A stretch of 23,510 nt of DNA from an uncultured Gemmatimonadota bacterium (GTDB taxonomy: Bacteria; SM23-81). Positions 11,052 through 17,939 of this stretch are shown in pieces; the first letter of the stretch is position 1; each line of letters opens with the position of its first letter. Below the pieces are notes generated by a model that saw only the letters and a program-made list of their open reading frames with translations, made no database searches and was not told the DNA's origin. The translations under genes were made by a program, and so were the position numbers. The stretch is taken from positions 1,239-24,748 of the forward strand of contig CAZOYL010000026.1 of the NCBI GenBank assembly GCA_964584035.1. The letters run 5' to 3'.

Positions 11052-11078
11052 ATACGCCTGAAGAACGGGAATATTCCC
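11052..11078 (-). promoter_or_regulatory. Putative autoregulatory ECF promoter, probably giving a leaderless mRNA
   Basis: Minus strand GGGAATATT-N13-CGTAT ends 5 nt before the ATG at 11046, and no Shine-Dalgarno is visible. GGAA(T)...CGT is a typical ECF -35/-10 layout. Confidence 0.6.
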
Positions 11079-11115
11079 CAAAAAAGAGATCAGCGGGTGA
11101 AAGAGATTGCCAGCT

Positions 11116-12483
11116 TCAATCGATCGGGGCGAAGATGTCCAGGGGATCGAAACGGTTCTTCAAAGATCGCCACAGTCGTCTCTGGCCCGAATCGTGCCTG
11201 GCGGTGAGGTTTTCCTGGGGGATCCATCCTAGGGGAACAGGAGAGAGATAGAGACCGCCGCAAGCGGCGGCCGTCTCCTGGAGGGTCCGGGATATTCCCG
11301 GAATGATTTTGTCCGGCGATCCATTCCCCTCCGGTCCCCGGACCAGCAGATGCCAGCGGCCCTCTCCCAGGTGCCCATAGAACAGTCCGTGGCAGGAGCC
11401 CTCGTTCAGGATCCTGGCTGCTTCCTCCCGAAAGGTCAGCAACCGGGAGGCCGGAATTCGCGCAGTCGCCAGCAGAGATGGCCGGTTCTCATCCGACAGC
11501 CGTTGGAGGAGTTCTTCCCGGCTTCGCCACCAGGGCTCGGCCCAATCGCTTTGGTGGACCTGCCCGGCCAGGGGGATGGCCTGTGCCTGAAGGCGGGATC
11601 CGGTGCGGTCGATCTGCTCGTCCAGGTTCTGCTGATCGTCAGCCTCCAGTTCCATCATCAGCAGAAAGCGGTCGTGGTGCTGTGAGGGGATGAGTTTTTC
11701 GAAGCCCAGCCGGGCGGCGCCTGGATCGATCAGCTCCAGACGGGAAGGCTGCAGGCCGCCGGTCTCCAATTCCTTGGTGATCTGAACCGCTGCCTCGAGA
11801 TTCTCGAGAACGGCCAACAGCGTCTGCCGTGCCGGCGGCCGGGGCAGAAGTTTCAAGATGAGCTCGGTAATGATGCCCAGCTGGCCGTGCGATCCGGCGA
11901 ACAGATCGGCCAGATGGTATCCGGTGGCGCACTTGAGGGTCTTCGCCCCGCTGCGGATAATCTCGCCGGGGGAGATGACCGCCTCGAGGCCCAGGAGATG
12001 GCTGCCGATGGGGCCATGCCGGCTTCCCCGAAGGCCGTGAGCCCGGGTGGCCACATCGCCGCCGATGGTGCCCCGGCGCCAGCTGGCCGGATCGACCGGA
12101 TAGGACAGGGCCAGAGTCTTGAGGTGTTGCTCCAGCCGGTGGGCGCTCACGCCGGGCTGCACCACGGCCATCATGTTCTCCGGAGAGACCTCCAGGATGC
12201 GGTTCATGTCCGCCAGGGACAGCAGGATGCCGCCCTCTCTTGGCACGGCGCCGGACCGCAGCCCGGTGCCGCCGCCGCGGACGGCCAGGGGCAGGCGTTC
12301 CTCATGGGCCAGTTGAACGATCTTCTGGATCTGAGAGGTCGTTTGCGGGAGCAAAACCACCGAGGGGAGAGAGCTCTGCCGGGAAGCATCACGGCGGTAG
12401 CGATCGAGCTTCTCAGGGTCGGTCAGCAGCCCGGCAGCCGGGAGGATGTCCCGCAGCCGGCTATGAGTCGAGGGATCCATCAC
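11116..12483 (-). CDS. FAD-linked oxidase, GlcD/D-lactate dehydrogenase family, with a degenerate active site
   Basis: FAD_binding_4 motifs P.VV..P, RGGGTGL..GAVP, MNRILE, DPAS....TIGG, K.ATGY.L..LF.GS.GQLGIITE..LKL.P.P and a C-terminal K..FDP. The EHG motif is absent. Start is GTG 12483 or ATG 12480. Confidence 0.85.
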   Translation of the reverse strand: MMDPSTHSRLRDILPAAGLLTDPEKLDRYRRDASRQSSLPSVVLLPQTTSQIQKIVQLAHEERLPLAVRGGGTGLRSGAVPREGGILLSLADMNRILEVSPENMMAVVQPGVSAHRLEQHLKTLALSYPVDPASWRRGTIGGDVATRAHGLRGSRHGPIGSHLLGLEAVISPGEIIRSGAKTLKCATGYHLADLFAGSHGQLGIITELILKLLPRPPARQTLLAVLENLEAAVQITKELETGGLQPSRLELIDPGAARLGFEKLIPSQHHDRFLLMMELEADDQQNLDEQIDRTGSRLQAQAIPLAGQVHQSDWAEPWWRSREELLQRLSDENRPSLLATARIPASRLLTFREEAARILNEGSCHGLFYGHLGEGRWHLLVRGPEGNGSPDKIIPGISRTLQETAAACGGLYLSPVPLGWIPQENLTARHDSGQRRLWRSLKNRFDPLDIFAPID

Positions 12484-12491
12484 GAGAGTCT

Positions 12492-13313
12492 TTAGGCTCG
12501 ATTCTTTTCCCGGGAAAGACGCCGGCGCGCCTCATCGAAAAACGGCTCGGCGAAGGAGCTCTCCCAGACCCGCTGGTCAAAGGTCCTTTCCCGGATGGTG
12601 CCCAGGAATTGCCCGAATTCCTCCTGGTAGGAGCCGTAGATGTGGAAGCTGTCGCTGATGTCGACATACCGGCCGACGCGGACGGTCCGTCCCGAGCGCT
12701 GGGAGATCTGCCGGGCGATCTGCCGCTGCATATCGGTGAAAGCGAACATATTCATATAGGCCGCTTTAAAGGCGTCGCGGGACCGCCAGTGGGCGTTAAG
12801 GTTCAATACCAGGTCTTGATTTCCCGGAATGAGCCGGCACCAGATGCGCTGCAGGCAGGGTGGATCGTCGGTAGGCGGGTCGATCAGGGGATTCCAGGTG
12901 ATCGCCTGCGCCCGGCGCGAATGGGGAACGGCGGCCAGTTTGTCCACCAGATAAGCGATCTGGTCGATACTTTTTCCTTCGGTCCGATAGGCGAACAGGC
13001 GCTGATGATAGGTATAGGTCCATTTACCATCCTGAGGGGCGATCCAGTGGTCGTGAACGCCATTGATTACCTCCTGCCGGTAGCTCTCAAGATCTTCCAG
13101 GCTTCCGGGGAAGGCCCGGTGAATCCTGGGCTCGGCCAGAGGCGCGGTGACGGTCATGATCATGGTACAGTCCCGGCTGGGCGGGTCGCCGGGGCGGTCG
13201 TACTCGGTGCGAACCGGGATGCCTTTCTCCCAGCATCGCACGACGGCCCGTTCCCAGGCTTGGGGCAGGGTCCGGGCTCGTATCGAGAGCACGGGAATAT
13301 GGCCCTCAGGCAT
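12492..13313 (-). CDS. thyA: Thymidylate synthase (ThyA fold, archaeal-like short type)
   Basis: YTY..RL, DQI.Y.V.KL, SRRAQAITW, catalytic PPCLQ, RSRD.......N and SFHIY. These correspond to E. coli ThyA R126/R127, C146, R166/S167/D169, N177 and H207/Y209. Confidence 0.88.
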   Translation of the reverse strand: MPEGHIPVLSIRARTLPQAWERAVVRCWEKGIPVRTEYDRPGDPPSRDCTMIMTVTAPLAEPRIHRAFPGSLEDLESYRQEVINGVHDHWIAPQDGKWTYTYHQRLFAYRTEGKSIDQIAYLVDKLAAVPHSRRAQAITWNPLIDPPTDDPPCLQRIWCRLIPGNQDLVLNLNAHWRSRDAFKAAYMNMFAFTDMQRQIARQISQRSGRTVRVGRYVDISDSFHIYGSYQEEFGQFLGTIRERTFDQRVWESSFAEPFFDEARRRLSREKNRA

Positions 13314-13986
13314 GATGGTCCTTCCGATCCTTGGGCATCCAGGGATTGCGGCCTTCGAGCTGCAGTTTCTCTCTTAGAGCCATCAGATCTCTGACGTGCT
13401 GACCGGTCAGGAGGTTGACGTGACCCAGGGATTTGGCGCCTCGGATGGCGGTTGCCATACTCTCGATCCGCTCCAACTTTTCGAGGGCCGCGGACAGATT
13501 CGCCGCCAGGACCAGCAAACCTCGGCCCTGCAGTAAGAGGGCATCGTGATCGTCCAGCAGCTGCCGGATGATGCCGGCGCATTCGGGGGTGTAGGGGGTG
13601 GTGTAGGGCGTCAGGGGGACGGAGCCGATGGTCAGGACGGTCTCGGGAATAACCGGCTGGACCAGGGGAATGGCGGCCACGGCGAAGGCCATGACGCCGG
13701 GAGGCTGCATCAGCAGAACGGCTGCGGCGTCGTTGCGCCGGCCGTAGACGGTGAGATGCAACGGCGCGGCCAGGGCGGGCTGGTGACCGGGCGGCTGCGG
13801 CTGACCGTTCTCATCCAGCACGACCAGCCGATCGGATGTGAGGTCGCTGAGACTCGTTCCCCGGGGCGTGATGACGATACGCCCCCCGGGGTCACGCCGG
13901 CTCACAGAGGCGTCGCCGCCGGCCGTATATCCTTGCCGGCACAGCCATCGGCCCGCAGCCGTTATCTGATCCCGGATGTCCGCCAT
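13306..13986 (-). CDS. Class II aldolase/adducin-fold protein lacking the catalytic and Zn-binding residues
   Basis: Overall FucA/MtnB/AraD-like pattern (I..AGR.L...GY, ITP.G.S..DLT...LVVLD..G, H..VY..R.D..AV, PE....IG.VPL.PY.TP.T, LE.IE..A). ATG 13986 overlaps the upstream TGA; the ORF track starts at GTG 13989. Confidence 0.85.
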   Translation of the reverse strand: MADIRDQITAAGRWLCRQGYTAGGDASVSRRDPGGRIVITPRGTSLSDLTSDRLVVLDENGQPQPPGHQPALAAPLHLTVYGRRNDAAAVLLMQPPGVMAFAVAAIPLVQPVIPETVLTIGSVPLTPYTTPYTPECAGIIRQLLDDHDALLLQGRGLLVLAANLSAALEKLERIESMATAIRGAKSLGHVNLLTGQHVRDLMALREKLQLEGRNPWMPKDRKDHHA

Positions 13987-14903
13987 CACGATCGCCGTTT
14001 CTTCTTTTTTCTGCTCCCGGCCCTGGGAATGCTCTCGGCGATGGCCGCGATGTGGCTGGGTGTGGTGCCCCAGCTGCCGCCGACGATATCAGCACCGGCC
14101 TGAAGGACCTCTTTGGCGCCCTGGGCCAGTTGCTTGGGGGTTCGGGAATAAAACATCAGGCCATTTCGCAGGCTCGGTTTTCCCGGATCGAGTTGGGCGA
14201 TGATGGGCAGCTTGGTCAGCTCTTTCAGCTTGGCCACCAGCCGGGCCATCTGTTTGGCCGTGAGCTGGCCGCAGCTGCAGCCGATGGCGTCTGCTCCGGC
14301 CGCCTCCAGCTCCAAGACGGCCGACTGAGGATCCACATTCATGGTGGTTCGAAATCCCGTGGGATTGGTGGTGAAAACCATGGTGACCAGAACGGGGACC
14401 CCGGGGAACTGCTTGGCGGCCATCACGGCTGCCCGGGCCTCATGGAGCTGGCTCATGTTTTCCACGCAGATGAGATCGACACCGCCTTTCACCAGGCCGG
14501 CGATCTGTTCCCGGAAGATGGTCACCAACTGTTCGAAGGTTGTCCGGCCCGCCGGCGGAGCCATCTCTCCGGTGGGGCCCACAGACCCGGCCACGTGGAT
14601 GTCGGCCGGACAGATCTCCCGGGCGATCTGAGCCGCAGAGAGATTGAGCTCGAAAACCTGGCCGGCCAGGCCGTATCGCTTCAGACCCATCCGGTTGGCT
14701 CCTAAACTGTTGGTTGTGACCACCTGGGCTCCGGCCTGTACGAAGGCGTGATGGATAGAGGCCACCGCCCGGGGGTGCGTCCGGTTCCATTCCTCGGGGC
14801 ACTCGCCGGCTCGAAGACCTGATTGGGTCAGCTGTGAGGCGGCGGCGCCGTCCAGCAGCAGTGGATGGGTGCGCAGCTTGTTGAGAAAGGATTTCTTGAC
14901 CAT
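13986..14903 (-). CDS. Homocysteine S-methyltransferase-family domain (MetH N-terminal/BHMT fold) with an altered Zn site
   Basis: LLDGA, CPEEWN.THP..V..IH..F..AGA..V.TN, VAGSVGPTG, F.EQ..GL..GGVDLI, GTTP.HI.AI. The canonical GGCCG reads GGSWG here. Start is ATG 14903 (GGGGG upstream) or 14912. Confidence 0.9.
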   Translation of the reverse strand: MVKKSFLNKLRTHPLLLDGAAASQLTQSGLRAGECPEEWNRTHPRAVASIHHAFVQAGAQVVTTNSLGANRMGLKRYGLAGQVFELNLSAAQIAREICPADIHVAGSVGPTGEMAPPAGRTTFEQLVTIFREQIAGLVKGGVDLICVENMSQLHEARAAVMAAKQFPGVPVLVTMVFTTNPTGFRTTMNVDPQSAVLELEAAGADAIGCSCGQLTAKQMARLVAKLKELTKLPIIAQLDPGKPSLRNGLMFYSRTPKQLAQGAKEVLQAGADIVGGSWGTTPSHIAAIAESIPRAGSRKKKKRRS

Positions 14904-14927
14904 GGGAATCATCCCCCGTGTCTTTGC

Positions 14928-15731
14928 TTATGCTTGGGTCAGCTTGCCCTCGCGGGAGGCCCCGATGTAGGTCAGGCAGTTCTCGTCACTCCCCAGCAGG
15001 GCCTCGGCGGCCAGCAGACCGGCCATCAGTTTTCGGTCGGTGGGGTCCAGGATGGCGGCATCGAGGCCGGCGGCCCGCATGATGGAGAGGAATCCGCGAT
15101 TCAGCAATTGCCGTTCGGGAAGGCCGAAGGAGATATTGCTCAGTCCGCAAATGGTCTTCGCCCGGGGAAGTCCCTCCTTGATCATGCAGAGTGTCTCCAG
15201 TGTTGTGCGTCCGGCCCGGCCATCGACGCTGATGGGGCAGACGATGGGGTCCAGAAAGATCCTCTCCGGTGCGATATTGCGGGCCGTCAGCGTTTCCACC
15301 AGAAGTTGAGCCATGTCATATCGACCCCGGGCATCGCCGGGAACGCCCTCATCGCCCATACACAGGGCGATGATCGAGCAGCCGTGATCTTCGATCAGGG
15401 GCAGCAGGGCTGTGAGGCGGTCTTCCTCGGCGGTGGTGGAATTGATCATCGCGGCCCTCCGGCCGGCCCGTTTCAGCCCGGCCTTCACGGCCTCGCGGTT
15501 GGGGCTGTCGATACACAGGGGAATGTTCACCTGTTCGGTGATGGCCTCGATCAACCAGAGCAGATCTTCGATCTCACGGTCCGGGCTCGTCCCGGCATTG
15601 ACGTCCAGCAGGTCGGCGCCGGCCTCCGCCTGCCGGCGGGCGATCTCGGCGATGGCCCCGGCGTCCCGGCGGGCCAGGGCCTCGGCGACCGGTTTGCGGG
15701 AACCATTGATCAGTTCTCCGACGATGATCAT
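14928..15731 (-). CDS. Methyltetrahydrofolate:corrinoid methyltransferase (pterin-binding domain, AcsE/MetH folate-domain type)
   Basis: MIIVGELINGSRK, Q.EAGAD.LDVN, PLCIDS, INS, FLDP, GLSNISFGLP.R.LLN, GLDAAILDP. The pterin-binding motifs are intact. Confidence 0.94.
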   Translation of the reverse strand: MIIVGELINGSRKPVAEALARRDAGAIAEIARRQAEAGADLLDVNAGTSPDREIEDLLWLIEAITEQVNIPLCIDSPNREAVKAGLKRAGRRAAMINSTTAEEDRLTALLPLIEDHGCSIIALCMGDEGVPGDARGRYDMAQLLVETLTARNIAPERIFLDPIVCPISVDGRAGRTTLETLCMIKEGLPRAKTICGLSNISFGLPERQLLNRGFLSIMRAAGLDAAILDPTDRKLMAGLLAAEALLGSDENCLTYIGASREGKLTQA

Positions 15732-15735
15732 CCGG

Positions 15736-16395
15736 TCAATCCTCCCAGATCGGTTTTCCTTTGGCCTCGATCAGCTCCCTGGCCCGGTCCACCGCCAGGC
15801 TGGCGTTCTGGGCGTAACCGTCGGCGCCGATCTCATCGGCGAAAGCCTGCGTGACCGGCGCTCCGCCCACCAGGGTGATGAGGTTCTCAGATATCTGATC
15901 ATGGATCAACAGATCCAGTGTTTTCTTCATGTTCGGCAGCGAGGTGGTCAGCAGGGAGGAGAGGGCCAGAATATGGGCCCGGTGATCCCTGACCGCCTGG
16001 CCGAATTGCTCCGGCCGGATATCTATGCCCAGGTCGAAGACCTCGAACCCGGCCCCCTTGAGCATCATGGTGACCAGGTTTTTGCCGATGTCGTGAAGGT
16101 CGCCCTGCACCGTGCCGATGACCACCCGGGCGATCGGCCGGACCTGGCCGGCCTCCAGATGGGGCCGCAGCACGTCCATGCCGGCATGCATGGCCTTGGC
16201 CGCCAGGACCACCTCGGGAATGTAGATCTGGTTCTCCTTGAACCGCTGCCCGACCACGTCCATGCCGGGCAGCAATCCCCCGTTGAGGATCTCGCGGGCG
16301 GGCAGGTTCTCTTCCAGTGCTTTCCGGGTCAGCTCCCCGACGGCGGCGATGTCGCCGGCGATGAGTTTTTCGGTGATCTGTTTCAGGATGGCCAT
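15736..16395 (-). CDS. Cobalamin-binding corrinoid protein (MetH cap + B12 domains; MtbC/MttC-like)
   Basis: GLLPGMDVVG.RF....IYIPEV..AA.AM, GTVQGDLHDIGKNLV (DxHxxG), DLG.D, LSSLLTT, VGGAPVTQ.FADEIGADGYA. Start reassigned to ATG 16395 (MAILKQ) because the longer track start overlaps the promoter. Confidence 0.96.
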   Translation of the reverse strand: MAILKQITEKLIAGDIAAVGELTRKALEENLPAREILNGGLLPGMDVVGQRFKENQIYIPEVVLAAKAMHAGMDVLRPHLEAGQVRPIARVVIGTVQGDLHDIGKNLVTMMLKGAGFEVFDLGIDIRPEQFGQAVRDHRAHILALSSLLTTSLPNMKKTLDLLIHDQISENLITLVGGAPVTQAFADEIGADGYAQNASLAVDRARELIEAKGKPIWED

Positions 16396-16460
16396 GAAGG
16401 TTCTTCCCACAGTGGAAGAAGGGGGACGGACGGGTTGATGCTTTGACCGCAGGATTTTCA

Positions 16461-16489
16461 ATGTTACTCACTGCCCGCTGCGATGTCAA
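16461..16489 (-). promoter_or_regulatory. sigma70-type promoter of the corrinoid-ThyA operon
   Basis: Minus strand TTGACA (16489-16484), 17-nt spacer, TAACAT (16466-16461), with an A-rich tract upstream. Lies about 65 nt upstream of ATG 16395. Confidence 0.75.
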
Positions 16490-16520
16490 GGGAATATTTG
16501 TCTTTTTCCCCTTAACATCA

Positions 16521-16544
16521 GGCCCCGGCCGATTGACCGGGGCC
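16521..16544 (-). terminator. GC-rich hairpin, possible terminator after the GlmU-like gene
   Basis: GGCCCCGG-8 nt-CCGGGGCC inverted repeat between the GlmU-like stop and the next promoter. No clear poly-U tail. Confidence 0.4.
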
Positions 16545-16616
16545 CGGAGACATTCCTGAGAGAGCGCTGCTGAGAGGATGTTGCCAACAGAACGCTGCTG
16601 ACAAAGAGTAAGGATA

Positions 16617-17888
16617 TTAAGCGTTTTTTCCAAAAACAGATAGCACCTGGGAACGAAATGAGGCTGTTTGGTGAAAGATGTCGGTCAGCAGCTTCTCATC
16701 AACAGCGGTCAACTCGATCTTTCTTCGCCCCATAGCTCTCCGGGCCGTCTCCAGAGCCTCCTCCAGCCAATATTCTAGCAATCCCTCAGTGCCTCCCCAG
16801 GTGAAAGAGGGGATGAACTTGGGGATGAATCCGCCGCCATAGACGTTACAGCATACCCCGACGACCGTTCCGGTGTTGAACATGGTGTTGATGCCCGATT
16901 TGGAATGATCGCCCATGGTCAGGCCGACGAACATGGAACCGGAATCGACCAGATGACCGCCCACATAGACTTTGATATTGCTATAATTGTTTTTCAGGTC
17001 GCTGCTATTGGTGTCGGCCCCCAGGTTGACCCACATGCCCAGATAGGCGTGGCCGAGGAAGCCGCCGTGCTGCTTGTTGCTGTAGCTGTGAATGATGCTC
17101 TCCTCGACCTCGCCGCCCACCTTGCAGACCTCGCCGATGGTGGTCCCCTTATAGATCTTGGCCCCGATCTTGATCAGGCTCTTAGAACCGATGAAGGCCG
17201 GCCCCTCGATGGTGGCGTTGGGTAACACTTTGGCCCCGGCGGAGATGATGACAGGCCCTTCCTCGGCGTCCAAAACCGCCCCGGGCTTAATCCGGGCATC
17301 CTGATCGATGAATATATTCTCCCGGCCCAGCAGAGTGGTGCCCTCATCGACCCGGCCCAGGATTCCGGCCCGGCAGGAGAACAGATCCCAGTCCCTGGCG
17401 ATCTGATCGCCGTTATGATGCACCAGGTCCCAGGAATAGTTTATTAGCGTCAGGTCCACTTCCTCGGTCCGGTCGATGGCGAAAAGGTCCCCATGGAGGG
17501 GACCCTCGGTGATCTTTTCGGACAGTTTTTTGACGTGATTCCCACGGATCCGGGCGGCCACCAGCGTATCGCCTGAGGTATACAGACAATCGTCGCCCTC
17601 CAGGGGGATCTGGTCGGCCAGGCCGGCGGCAGCCAGCAGCCGGCCGTTGATCAGCAGGCAGGCATCTCCGGTTACCTGATTAACCGTGTCTCCGGACGGC
17701 GCCTTGGTCAGGGTCCCGGCCAGCTGCGGACGGCAGTGTAAAAAGACCTGCGAGGGATGATAGATCTTCCGGATCTTGTCCGCCAGGGAGCCGGTCCCGC
17801 AACGCAGATCATAGACCGGCCGGGTATAGGTCAGCGGCAGCAGGTTGCGGTATCCGTTGTCCTCGAACAGGCACAAAGCGGTTGCCAT
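16617..17888 (-). CDS. GlmU-family putative sugar nucleotidyltransferase/acetyltransferase (Bacteroidota-type, NTP_transf_4 + hexapeptide repeats)
   Basis: LFED....NLLPLTYTRPV.DLRCG, LINGR, left-handed beta-helix repeats, KVGGEVEESIIH.YSNKQH.GFLGHAYLG.WVNLGADTN.SDLKNNY, MGDHSK.GINTMFNTGTVVG. TAAGGAG Shine-Dalgarno. Confidence 0.9.
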   Translation of the reverse strand: MATALCLFEDNGYRNLLPLTYTRPVYDLRCGTGSLADKIRKIYHPSQVFLHCRPQLAGTLTKAPSGDTVNQVTGDACLLINGRLLAAAGLADQIPLEGDDCLYTSGDTLVAARIRGNHVKKLSEKITEGPLHGDLFAIDRTEEVDLTLINYSWDLVHHNGDQIARDWDLFSCRAGILGRVDEGTTLLGRENIFIDQDARIKPGAVLDAEEGPVIISAGAKVLPNATIEGPAFIGSKSLIKIGAKIYKGTTIGEVCKVGGEVEESIIHSYSNKQHGGFLGHAYLGMWVNLGADTNSSDLKNNYSNIKVYVGGHLVDSGSMFVGLTMGDHSKSGINTMFNTGTVVGVCCNVYGGGFIPKFIPSFTWGGTEGLLEYWLEEALETARRAMGRRKIELTAVDEKLLTDIFHQTASFRSQVLSVFGKNA

Positions 17889-17939
17889 ACATGAAGCTCC
17901 TTATGAAGTTATATTAATTAAGTACTATCTGACAACATG

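Noticed and set aside
11116..14903. Calling the degenerate GlcD-like, aldolase-like and Hcy-methyltransferase-like genes pseudogenes
   Set aside because: They have no frameshifts or internal stops, are full length, and retain translational coupling or tight spacing. Relaxed selection cannot be excluded without dN/dS.
13986..16395. Annotating the three genes as a functional split methionine synthase (metH)
   Set aside because: The Hcy-binding module lacks two of the three Zn-ligating cysteines and no reactivation domain is present in the window, so the symbol was withheld.
16490..16516. Third GGGAATATT copy (+ strand) as another ECF promoter
   Set aside because: There is no YGT element at the 13-nt spacing, it points antisense into the GlmU-like gene, and it abuts the sigma70 -35 box.
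16565..16601. 9-bp direct repeat CGCTGCTGA downstream of the GlmU-like gene
   Set aside because: There are only two short copies, within chance expectation, with no associated element.
16396..16616. Cobalamin riboswitch upstream of the corrinoid gene (CCACTG-TGGGAAG resembles part of the B12 element)
   Set aside because: The other conserved riboswitch elements are not visible, and the predicted promoter leaves only about 60 nt of leader, which is too short. An Rfam scan would settle it.
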